Part shown: positions 17,196-24,000 of the stretch, piece by piece
Position numbering within the stretch: the stretch's first letter is position 1
How the letters are laid out: every line of letters starts with the position of its first letter
NCBI RefSeq assembly: GCF_003314995.1
Contig: NZ_QNRH01000001.1
Coordinates: forward strand, 659,436-683,435
Direction of reading: 5' to 3'
Source of the DNA: Pseudochrobactrum asaccharolyticum
GTDB lineage: Bacteria > Pseudomonadota > Alphaproteobacteria > Rhizobiales > Rhizobiaceae
DNA length: 24,000 bases
Notes under the pieces: generated by a model
The model's input: the letters and a program-made list of their open reading frames with translations, nothing else
What the model was told of the DNA's origin: nothing
Databases searched by the model: none
Position numbers and translations under genes: made by a program

Positions 17196-19007
17196 ATGAT
17201 CGAGCTGCGGCAGCTTTCTTACTTTGTGGCGGCCTGCCATCAAACCAGCTTCAGCAAGGCGGCTGAAGTTCTGGATATTGCGCTGTCAACTTTGAGTGTT
17301 GCGCTGCAGAATCTGGAAGAGGAAGTCGGCGCGCAACTGTTCCGCCGCGTACCGGCCGGGCTGACGCCGACTGTGGCAGGTCGCTGGCTCTATCGCGCTG
17401 CAATACCACTTTTGCAAGCCGAAGCTTTCACCCGACAGGCCACAATGCGGGAGTGTAACGGGCAATGCGAATTCAGCCATTTGGTGGTTGAAGTGCAGCT
17501 GATGTTCTCACTTGGTAATGTCTCCAAGGCCATAAGCTCGGCTTTGGTCGGCCTGCAAAAAGACTATCCGGAAGTGTTTATCGAGCCACATTGGGGCAGT
17601 TCGGACGGGGAGCCGCCTTTGCCGCTGACCGAGAGTACTGAGAGTAACCGGATAATCTTCAGCTATGAGAAAAAGGGTGTCGCCATTCACGATGATCCGT
17701 GGGTGCTGGCGCGTAGTCTGCCGGTTCAATCCGGTGAGGCTCCTGCCTTGCAGGATATGCTTGCAGGTCCGGTGATTGTTCCGGCACTGCCCGAGCCGCT
17801 CTTGCAGGATTTGTCGGGCTATTTGCAGCAGCATCCGATTAAGAATATCCGTTTTACACAGGATCATCCGGGCACTCTGGCACGCCTGAGTGGCGAGAAC
17901 CCGGATACCGCTTTTCTGGTGCCGCAAAGCACACTAGCCAACCGCATGGGGTTGCATCGCCTGAAACTGGTGCCGCTTGATCCACCGCTTATCAGTCAGG
18001 TGCGGGTGCATATTGCCGATCCGCATCCGGTGGCGGAAGAGACTGTACGCCGTATCCGTGCGGCACTGGCATCCGGAGAGCCTTCAGCACTCTATCAACC
18101 GCAACTGACCAGACGGCAATTCAGCTATTTCCGGCTGATTGACAATAACCGCAATCTGACTGCCGCTGCCCGTGTGGCTAAAGTTGCCCAACCGGCGATT
18201 ACCGGCCAGCTGCGTAAGATGGAGCAGGTGATTGGCAAACAATTATTTGAGCGCCGCCGCGATGGTCTGGTGCCGACTGAGGCAGGGCGCATCTTCCGCA
18301 TTGGTAGTGAACTGATCGAAGCACGTTTGCAATCCATGGCCGTGCATAGTGCGGGATCACTGGGGCGCAACCGGTCGCGTTTACGGATTGGTGTTCTGCC
18401 TTCGGTCAGTCAGGAAAGCACTCTGCTGGCAGGTATGACCGATGCGGTGCTGCGCTGGCGCAAAAGTCACCCGCAGATTGACCTGCAAATTCTCGAAGCG
18501 CCAACCAGTGTTTTGCAGGATTGGGTACAGGCGGGTGTGATCAGCCTTGCCGTGCTGGAAACCGATATGCCGCACATGGCGCGTTTCAGACTCAATGTTG
18601 AGGAACCGCTGTCGCTGATCTGCCATCCCGATCTGGCAGCAGAGCTCTCTCAGGGTACAGGCGTTGATCTGGAAACACTGCGTCAGGTGCCGCTGGTGCT
18701 GCCGACTATGACCTTTGGCATCCGGCAATTGCTGGAAACACAATTGAACGAGCAAAACCTGTCGCTGGAGCCGGTGATTGAAATTAACTCACTGCCGATG
18801 ATGATCGCGATGATCCGGCGCGAAAAGCTTGCAACCTTGCTGCCGGTCTCAGCCGTGCGTCGCGATCTGGAACAGGGCACATTGGTGAACCTTGAACTCA
18901 AGCCGCATATTTTGCGCAGATTGTTTGTGATCTATTCCAATGCCCGCACTCTGACGGTTGCCGAAAGAGAGCTGGTGCGCGAATTGCGCGAGGCACTCAC
19001 ACAATGA
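17196..19007 (+). CDS. Tandem (double) LysR-type transcriptional regulator; ORF may also start at the GTG at 17190
   Basis: ~603-605 aa. First LysR HTH at the N-terminus (IELRQLSYFVAACHQTSFSKAAEVLDIALSTLSVALQNLEEEVGAQLFRRV..GLTPTVAG). Second complete LysR HTH mid-protein (RQFSYFRLIDNNRNLTAAARVAKVAQPAITGQLRKMEQVIGKQLFERRRDGLVPTEAG), then a LysR substrate-binding domain. Confidence 0.88.
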   Translation: MIELRQLSYFVAACHQTSFSKAAEVLDIALSTLSVALQNLEEEVGAQLFRRVPAGLTPTVAGRWLYRAAIPLLQAEAFTRQATMRECNGQCEFSHLVVEVQLMFSLGNVSKAISSALVGLQKDYPEVFIEPHWGSSDGEPPLPLTESTESNRIIFSYEKKGVAIHDDPWVLARSLPVQSGEAPALQDMLAGPVIVPALPEPLLQDLSGYLQQHPIKNIRFTQDHPGTLARLSGENPDTAFLVPQSTLANRMGLHRLKLVPLDPPLISQVRVHIADPHPVAEETVRRIRAALASGEPSALYQPQLTRRQFSYFRLIDNNRNLTAAARVAKVAQPAITGQLRKMEQVIGKQLFERRRDGLVPTEAGRIFRIGSELIEARLQSMAVHSAGSLGRNRSRLRIGVLPSVSQESTLLAGMTDAVLRWRKSHPQIDLQILEAPTSVLQDWVQAGVISLAVLETDMPHMARFRLNVEEPLSLICHPDLAAELSQGTGVDLETLRQVPLVLPTMTFGIRQLLETQLNEQNLSLEPVIEINSLPMMIAMIRREKLATLLPVSAVRRDLEQGTLVNLELKPHILRRLFVIYSNARTLTVAERELVRELREALTQ

Positions 19008-19018
19008 GTGGAAATGAA

Positions 19019-19046
19019 AACAGGCGAAACCGGAGTTTCGCCTGTT
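19019..19046. terminator. Bidirectional hairpin terminator between the convergent LysR gene and the catabolic operon
   Basis: AACAGGCGAAAC-cgga-GTTTCGCCTGTT, perfect 12 bp stem. On the minus strand it is followed by a TTTT-containing stretch. Confidence 0.75.
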
Positions 19047-19075
19047 CTCTTTACGGGGGGAGGATTTTTTAGCTT

Positions 19076-20722
19076 TTATGCCAGATTGAAGTGGCGGATG
19101 TTTTTCTTTTCCGCTTCGTCCAGCGCTTCTTCATAACCGGCATCGGCATAACGCATCACGCCGAGCGATGTGTCATTGGTCAATGACAGTTCAATGCGGA
19201 CATCCGCATCATCGGTACCATCGGCCACCACAGTCACACCCGCGCTGGTCATATAGCCGGAATAACCGCCGCCGCCGGAATGAATAGCGACAAGATCAGC
19301 TTGCGAGGAGCACATAGCCAGACCATTGATCAGCGGCCAGTCGGCAATCGCATCAGAACCATCACGCATATTCTCAGTCATGATATTCGGATGCGCCATG
19401 GCACCGGCATCAAGATGATCGCGGGTAAAGGCAACAGGGCCGGACAGCGTACCGTCACGCACCATGCTATTCACAGCGAGTGCCAGCTGAGTGCGTTCGC
19501 CATGGCCAAGCCATGCGATACGCGCTGGCAGACCTTCAAACGGCACATTCTCACCGGCGAGATGGATCCAGTTGGTGACAATGCGGTTATCGGCAAATGC
19601 CTTGAGGATGTAATTGTCGATAATGCGGATATCTTCCTGATTATTCGACAGAGCAATCCAGCGGAACGGGCCAATCGCACGGCAGAACAACGGACGCAGG
19701 AAGGCTTCGGTGAAGACCGGAATATTGAACGCATCTGCCACGCCGCCGTCTTTGGCATGGGTGCGGATCAGGTTACCATTGTCAAACACCACTGAACCGG
19801 CTTTCTGGAAACCGAGCATGGCTGTGACGTGACGAACGATGGAAGCGCGGCTTTCATTCATCAGGGTCTGCGGATCGCTCTTACGCATGGCACGGGCTTC
19901 ATCCAGCGAACGGGTTGCCGGTACATAGCCGTAAACCAGATCATGGGCGGAGGTTTGGTCAGTTACGATATCCGGAATGATATTGCGTTCCAGAATCTGC
20001 TCATAAAGATCAGCGGCATTGCCGTGAACGCCGATGGAAACAGCGCGTTTCTCGGCCATCGCTGTTTTGACCTGCGCCAGCGCATCGTCCAGATCTTTGG
20101 CAATCACATCAAGGAAGCCGATATCCTTGCGCTTCTGAATGCGTTCCTGATCGATTTCAACGCAGAGCGTAACCGCACCGGCCATACGGCCTGCCAGTGG
20201 CTGCGCGCCGCCCATGCCGCCAAGACCGGCGGTGAGGATCAGACGACCGGCCAGATTATTATTGAAGCTCTGTTCGGCAATACGCATGAAGATTTCATAG
20301 GTGCCCTGAATAACACCCTGCGAGCCGATATACTGCCAGTCACCGGCAGTAAGACCACCCCAGCAGATCAGGTTCTGCTTTTCCCATTCGTAGAAATTTT
20401 CAGCCTTCGCCCACTGACCAACCATATTACAGTTGGCCATAATCACGACTGGTGCCTGTTTATGGGTTTTCAGAATGCCGATCGGCTTGCCGGATTGTAC
20501 GACGAGCGTTTCGTCTTCTTCAATCTTGTGCAGGCTTTCAACGATTTTGTCATGAGACGGCCAGTCGCGTGCGGCTTTACCAAGTGCGGCATAGACCACC
20601 AGATTGTCAGGGTCTTCACCCACAGCCAGTACGTTTTCCATCAAACGCAGCAGGCCTTCAGCGCGCCAGTTCTTACAGCGCAACTCAGTGCCGGATGTGA
20701 CGTTAAATTGTTTCTTGGACAT
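19076..20722 (-). CDS. Urocanase-family hydratase; candidate thiourocanate hydratase rather than canonical HutU
   Basis: 548 aa with urocanase-family blocks DDETLVVQSGKP.G, TAGDWQYIGSQGVIQGTYE, LTAGLGGMGGAQPLAG, VTDQTSAHD, GPFRWIALS and GVMRYADAGYE. The usual HHGGG-type segment reads AIHSGGGGYSGYM. Confidence 0.85.
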   Translation of the reverse strand: MSKKQFNVTSGTELRCKNWRAEGLLRLMENVLAVGEDPDNLVVYAALGKAARDWPSHDKIVESLHKIEEDETLVVQSGKPIGILKTHKQAPVVIMANCNMVGQWAKAENFYEWEKQNLICWGGLTAGDWQYIGSQGVIQGTYEIFMRIAEQSFNNNLAGRLILTAGLGGMGGAQPLAGRMAGAVTLCVEIDQERIQKRKDIGFLDVIAKDLDDALAQVKTAMAEKRAVSIGVHGNAADLYEQILERNIIPDIVTDQTSAHDLVYGYVPATRSLDEARAMRKSDPQTLMNESRASIVRHVTAMLGFQKAGSVVFDNGNLIRTHAKDGGVADAFNIPVFTEAFLRPLFCRAIGPFRWIALSNNQEDIRIIDNYILKAFADNRIVTNWIHLAGENVPFEGLPARIAWLGHGERTQLALAVNSMVRDGTLSGPVAFTRDHLDAGAMAHPNIMTENMRDGSDAIADWPLINGLAMCSSQADLVAIHSGGGGYSGYMTSAGVTVVADGTDDADVRIELSLTNDTSLGVMRYADAGYEEALDEAEKKNIRHFNLA

Positions 20723-20746
20723 AATAGTACTTTCTATACCGCTAAA

Positions 20747-21835
20747 TCAGGCCAGTGCGTAATCGGCAAGGGAAATGCCGAGTGCCTTTTCGACAATCGG
20801 ATAAACGCTCGGGTCTTTGACCGAGGCGCTGAGCGGAATTTCTGTCTTGTTGATGTGGAACACCAGAATTTCCATACCTTCATGGACATTGCCGACACTG
20901 ACAGGGCTGCCATTTGTATCGAGCGTGGTGATCACATCAGGGAAGGTGGCAAGACGCTGACCGTCACCATCATCCACGGCCATATATTCGTTCATCACAT
21001 GCAGGATCACATCGCGGTTGCCGTCACGCACGGTGATGGTGCCGATGTCGAAAGCTTCCTGCGTGTAGTGCACATTCTTGGCGGTGACTTTGCCCTGTGC
21101 GAGAATGCTGCCATTGGTGGTTTTGCAGATTGCATCAATCACCGCAGTTGCGCCTTTGCTCTGGGCTGCGCGGATGGCTTCGCCAAGGGTCAGAGCACGG
21201 GAGATACCGCCGAGCGCTGCATTCCTGCGCACATAGGAAGCACGCAGCGGATTGCGGCAGCTGGCGATGAAACCACCGGACATATCAGAGGCTTTGCGCA
21301 GGATCGGCGAGATTTTGGCTGTCGCGCCGCGTGTGACCAGCTCGATATAGGAGTTGGAATCACGGTGACCGCCAACGGCTGTCTGGATCATCTGCTCAGG
21401 GCTGTTGGCCATGCCGATGGAGCCCATGTCGCCAGTCGGATGCGCGCGGATATCGCCCACAGCATCAATCACTTTGGTGCCGAGAACAGCGGAAGGCAGC
21501 CAGGCATTCATGGTGCTGGACATGCCGTTCTGGCCGATCATCAGGCCATAGACTTCATCGCCCAACTCATATTGCAGCAGTTCAACGGCTTTCACATAGT
21601 CGATGCCGAGCATTTCCCACTGGGTGGTGCTGGCCGGTGCGCCGATAGCAGCGGCTGTGGCAATCCATGCATCGTCGGATACTTCTTCCATATCCACCAG
21701 TTCAGGCCGGCCAATGGTGACCGCAGTGGTGCCCAGCATACGGCCGTGCTCAACCCAGCCGCCGCCACCGGCTGCAAAGACCGAACCGCCTGCAATTGCG
21801 GATTCCACGTCATCCAATGTTAAAATACGCCCCAT
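20747..21835 (-). CDS. DUF917 family protein (annotated in recent family naming as S-methyl thiohydantoin desulfurase-like)
   Basis: 362 aa with DUF917-type features (ILTLDDVESAIAGGSVFAAGGGG...; ELGDEVYGLMIGQNGMSSTMNAWLPSAVLGTKVIDAVGDIRAHPTGDMGSIG). Strong RBS AGGAGG immediately upstream. Confidence 0.8.
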   Translation of the reverse strand: MGRILTLDDVESAIAGGSVFAAGGGGWVEHGRMLGTTAVTIGRPELVDMEEVSDDAWIATAAAIGAPASTTQWEMLGIDYVKAVELLQYELGDEVYGLMIGQNGMSSTMNAWLPSAVLGTKVIDAVGDIRAHPTGDMGSIGMANSPEQMIQTAVGGHRDSNSYIELVTRGATAKISPILRKASDMSGGFIASCRNPLRASYVRRNAALGGISRALTLGEAIRAAQSKGATAVIDAICKTTNGSILAQGKVTAKNVHYTQEAFDIGTITVRDGNRDVILHVMNEYMAVDDGDGQRLATFPDVITTLDTNGSPVSVGNVHEGMEILVFHINKTEIPLSASVKDPSVYPIVEKALGISLADYALA

Positions 21836-21847
21836 AATGGCCTCCTC

Positions 21848-23134
21848 TTAAATGCTGTTATGTGTTTGATTGGTAACCGGAGTGCGCTCGTCAAAGCGGC
21901 GCACTGCCGCAAACATTGCTGCAGCACCTGCTGCAAGGTCGTGTTTTTCTGCCCATTCTTCCGGTGTATGGCTGCGTCCGCCAAGGCATGGCACAAAGAC
22001 CATGGCGGCCGGTGCCAGCTGGCCGATAAAGGCCGCATCATGCCCCGCACCGCTGGCGAGTTGCAGATGGCTATGGCCGAGTGCATCGGCGCTTTTTGCC
22101 AGATCATCCAGCAGGCCTAAGTCACAATCCATCGGCATGGTGTCGGAAAGGGTCTTGAAGTGGCTGCGCTCCACATTGGCTTTCGCGGCAGCAAGTTGTG
22201 TTGCCGCATCAATGCTTTCCAGAAAACGCAGCGTTTTCTCGCGTTTACCGGTGCGGATGTCGACAATCACCTTGGCCTGTTCCGGCACCACATTGGCACC
22301 GCCCGGCTCAAGGGTGAGAATGCCGACAGTGGCAACAAAATAGCCGTCCGGCTCGGATGCCAAAGCTTCGGCCTGTTCACGGATTGCAGTGACGGCTTGC
22401 GCTGCCGCATAAAGCGCATCGCGGCGCATATGCATTGGCGTGGTGCCCGCATGGTCAGCGGCACCCTGAAAGGCAATTTCCAGACGGGTGATGCCGACAA
22501 TGCCGGTCACCAGACCCAAATCCGTCTTGCTCTGTTCCAGTACAGGGCCTTGCTCAATATGCAGTTCCAGATAGGCGGCAATATCCTTGCGCACAGCCTC
22601 TGAAAGTTTGGCCGGATTGCCGCCGACACGGATCAGCGCATCGCCGAGGCGCTCATCCTGCGGGCCCGTAAAGTCGAGCATAGCATTGGTCAGCTGACCG
22701 CTCATGCCACGGCTACCGACACAGGACAGACCGTATTCACTAGGTTCCTCTGCGAGAAAATCCACCACTTCCAGATTGTGCTGCAACTCAATACCGGCAT
22801 CGCGCAGGGCGCGGGCAACTTCGAGTGCTGCCACCACACCGGCAATGCCGTCAAAGCGTCCGCCGGAAGGCACAGTATCACTATGCGAAGCCATCATAAT
22901 GGTTTTGGCGTGCGGCTTGGCACCGGTACGGCGGCCGATCAGATTGCCTGCGGTATCAATGCGCACCTCAAGACCGGCGGCTTTGAATTGCTCAATCAGA
23001 TAGGCGCGGCCAGCCAGAAAACGCGGCGTAAAAGAACGGCGCGTGTAAGGCTTGCCCGGCTCGGTAATATCGGCCAGCGCCATAATATCCTGCCAGAGCC
23101 GGTCGCCGTCTACGAGCGTGTTGGAGGCCGCCAT
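21848..23134 (-). CDS. M20-family Zn-dependent hydrolase (N-carbamoyl-L-amino acid hydrolase / allantoate amidohydrolase type)
   Basis: 428 aa with SHSDTVPSGGRFDGIAGVVAALE, EEPSEYGLSCVGSRGMSG, LELHIEQGPVLE, DHAGTTPMHMRRDAL and SGAGHDAAFI signatures. Confidence 0.92.
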   Translation of the reverse strand: MAASNTLVDGDRLWQDIMALADITEPGKPYTRRSFTPRFLAGRAYLIEQFKAAGLEVRIDTAGNLIGRRTGAKPHAKTIMMASHSDTVPSGGRFDGIAGVVAALEVARALRDAGIELQHNLEVVDFLAEEPSEYGLSCVGSRGMSGQLTNAMLDFTGPQDERLGDALIRVGGNPAKLSEAVRKDIAAYLELHIEQGPVLEQSKTDLGLVTGIVGITRLEIAFQGAADHAGTTPMHMRRDALYAAAQAVTAIREQAEALASEPDGYFVATVGILTLEPGGANVVPEQAKVIVDIRTGKREKTLRFLESIDAATQLAAAKANVERSHFKTLSDTMPMDCDLGLLDDLAKSADALGHSHLQLASGAGHDAAFIGQLAPAAMVFVPCLGGRSHTPEEWAEKHDLAAGAAAMFAAVRRFDERTPVTNQTHNSI

Positions 23135-24000
23135 TACGCGGCTCCTTTACGCAGAGCAGGGCGTACAAAGCGACCGGAACCCGGTTCAGCTGTGACCACA
23201 CCTTCAGCCATGGCGCATTCACCGCGCACAAATGTATGGGTGATGCGGAACGGCAGTGTGATGCCGTCATAAGGGCTCCAGCCGACGATGTTATTGCCGC
23301 TTTCTGCCGCCTTGTAAGTGTATGGATCACGGCGTGCCAGCACGATATCCGCATCAAGACCGGCACCGAGCGCACCTTTGGTCTGACCGAGGCGGAACAG
23401 ATTGGCCGGATTATGTGCCAGCAGACGGGCGGCATGGCTGAGCGACAAACCGCGCTCATCCAGACCTTTGAGCAGCAGCGCATAGAGCGCCTCCAGCCCC
23501 GGAACACCGGATGCGTTTTTCAGCATGTTTTCATCGTTTTTGCGATCAAGCGACCAGCTCACATGATCGGTGGAAACAATGCTCACGTTACCGGCGGCCA
23601 GTTGCTGCCAGATGGCTTCACGCTCGGCGCGGTTGCGTACCGGCGGGTTGATCTTAGCGCGGCCGATCAGACGGCTGACATCATCTTCTTCACACAAGGT
23701 CAGATAGTGGATGCAGGCTTCAACTGTTGCGGCATAGCCCTGTGCACGGTAGCCTGCTGCCAGTTCATAGCCACGGCCAACGGAGCAATGCACCACATGG
23801 GTGGCGCAACCGCTCATGGCGCCGATCTCATAGACTTCTGCCATCGCCAGCGTTTCAGTTACCGGCGGGCGGCTCATGCTATGGGTCAGATAATCGGTGC
23901 GGCCGCTTTTCTCGACCTGATCGATGTAATAGCGCACCATTTCATCATTTTCATTATGAATACCGGCAATCAGACCATGACGGGCAATGGCCGAGAAGCA
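23134..24000 (-). CDS. Cyclic amidohydrolase (hydantoinase/dihydropyrimidinase/allantoinase family), C-terminal part; 5' end beyond the window
   Basis: The frame stays open past ATG 23940 to the edge (CFSAIARHGLIAGIHNENDEMVRYYIDQVEKSG...). Motifs: VVHCSVGRGYELA, AACIHYLTL, STDHVSWS, LLAHNPANLFRLGQTKGALGAGLDADIVLARRD. Its stop overlaps the next gene's start (TAATG). Confidence 0.9.
   Translation of the reverse strand, partial: CFSAIARHGLIAGIHNENDEMVRYYIDQVEKSGRTDYLTHSMSRPPVTETLAMAEVYEIGAMSGCATHVVHCSVGRGYELAAGYRAQGYAATVEACIHYLTLCEEDDVSRLIGRAKINPPVRNRAEREAIWQQLAAGNVSIVSTDHVSWSLDRKNDENMLKNASGVPGLEALYALLLKGLDERGLSLSHAARLLAHNPANLFRLGQTKGALGAGLDADIVLARRDPYTYKAAESGNNIVGWSPYDGITLPFRITHTFVRGECAMAEGVVTAEPGSGRFVRPALRKGAA

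Noticed and set aside
19829-21823. 664 aa plus-strand ORF antisense to the hydratase and DUF917 genes
   Set aside because: Its translation is rich in His, Cys, Arg and Gly with no recognisable family motifs, and it lies opposite two strongly supported coding genes; typical shadow ORF of high-GC coding DNA.
19076-24000. Simple call of a classical histidine utilisation (hut) operon
   Set aside because: Only a divergent urocanase homologue is present. Histidase, imidazolonepropionase and formimino-glutamate enzymes are missing from view, and the neighbours are hydantoin/carbamoyl hydrolases plus DUF917. Upstream genes are outside the window, so this stays a testable alternative.
1-24000. CRISPR array, prophage, toxin-antitoxin, retron, rRNA/tRNA or insertion sequence
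   Set aside because: Reading both strands showed no regularly spaced repeats, no phage/transposase/reverse-transcriptase-like proteins, and no recognisable tRNA or rRNA segments.

Overview
This 24 kb window looks like an ordinary, dense, apparently chromosomal stretch from a proteobacterium. The STAS-fused MlaE layout leans alphaproteobacterial, but I cannot assign a genus. In order it carries: the 5' part of a malic enzyme gene (-); an L-Ala-D/L-Glu-type dipeptide epimerase (-); an Mla-like lipid transport operon (+: STAS-permease, ATPase, MCE protein, auxiliary lipoprotein); an SLC13/TrkA-C permease (+); a compact ~104 bp palindromic intergenic element; an iron/heme block (siderophore-interacting protein -, TonB-dependent receptor -, hemin-binding SBP +); a divergent TetR / SmvA-like MFS pair; a BASS-family transporter (-); an MHS-type MFS transporter (-); an unusual double-LysR regulator (+); and a tightly packed minus-strand catabolic operon. 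That operon encodes a cyclic amidohydrolase (cut by the window edge), an M20-type N-carbamoyl-amino-acid hydrolase, a DUF917 / 'S-methyl thiohydantoin desulfurase'-type protein and a divergent urocanase-like hydratase. The operon is the main finding. It lacks hutH/I/G in view, and its gene set fits a thiourocanate (ergothioneine-derived) route through thiohydantoin and hydantoin-5-propionate to N-carbamoyl-glutamate and glutamate better than classical histidine degradation. The tandem LysR protein and MHS transporter next to it may be its regulator and importer. No CRISPR, rRNA, tRNA, prophage or IS transposase was recognised.
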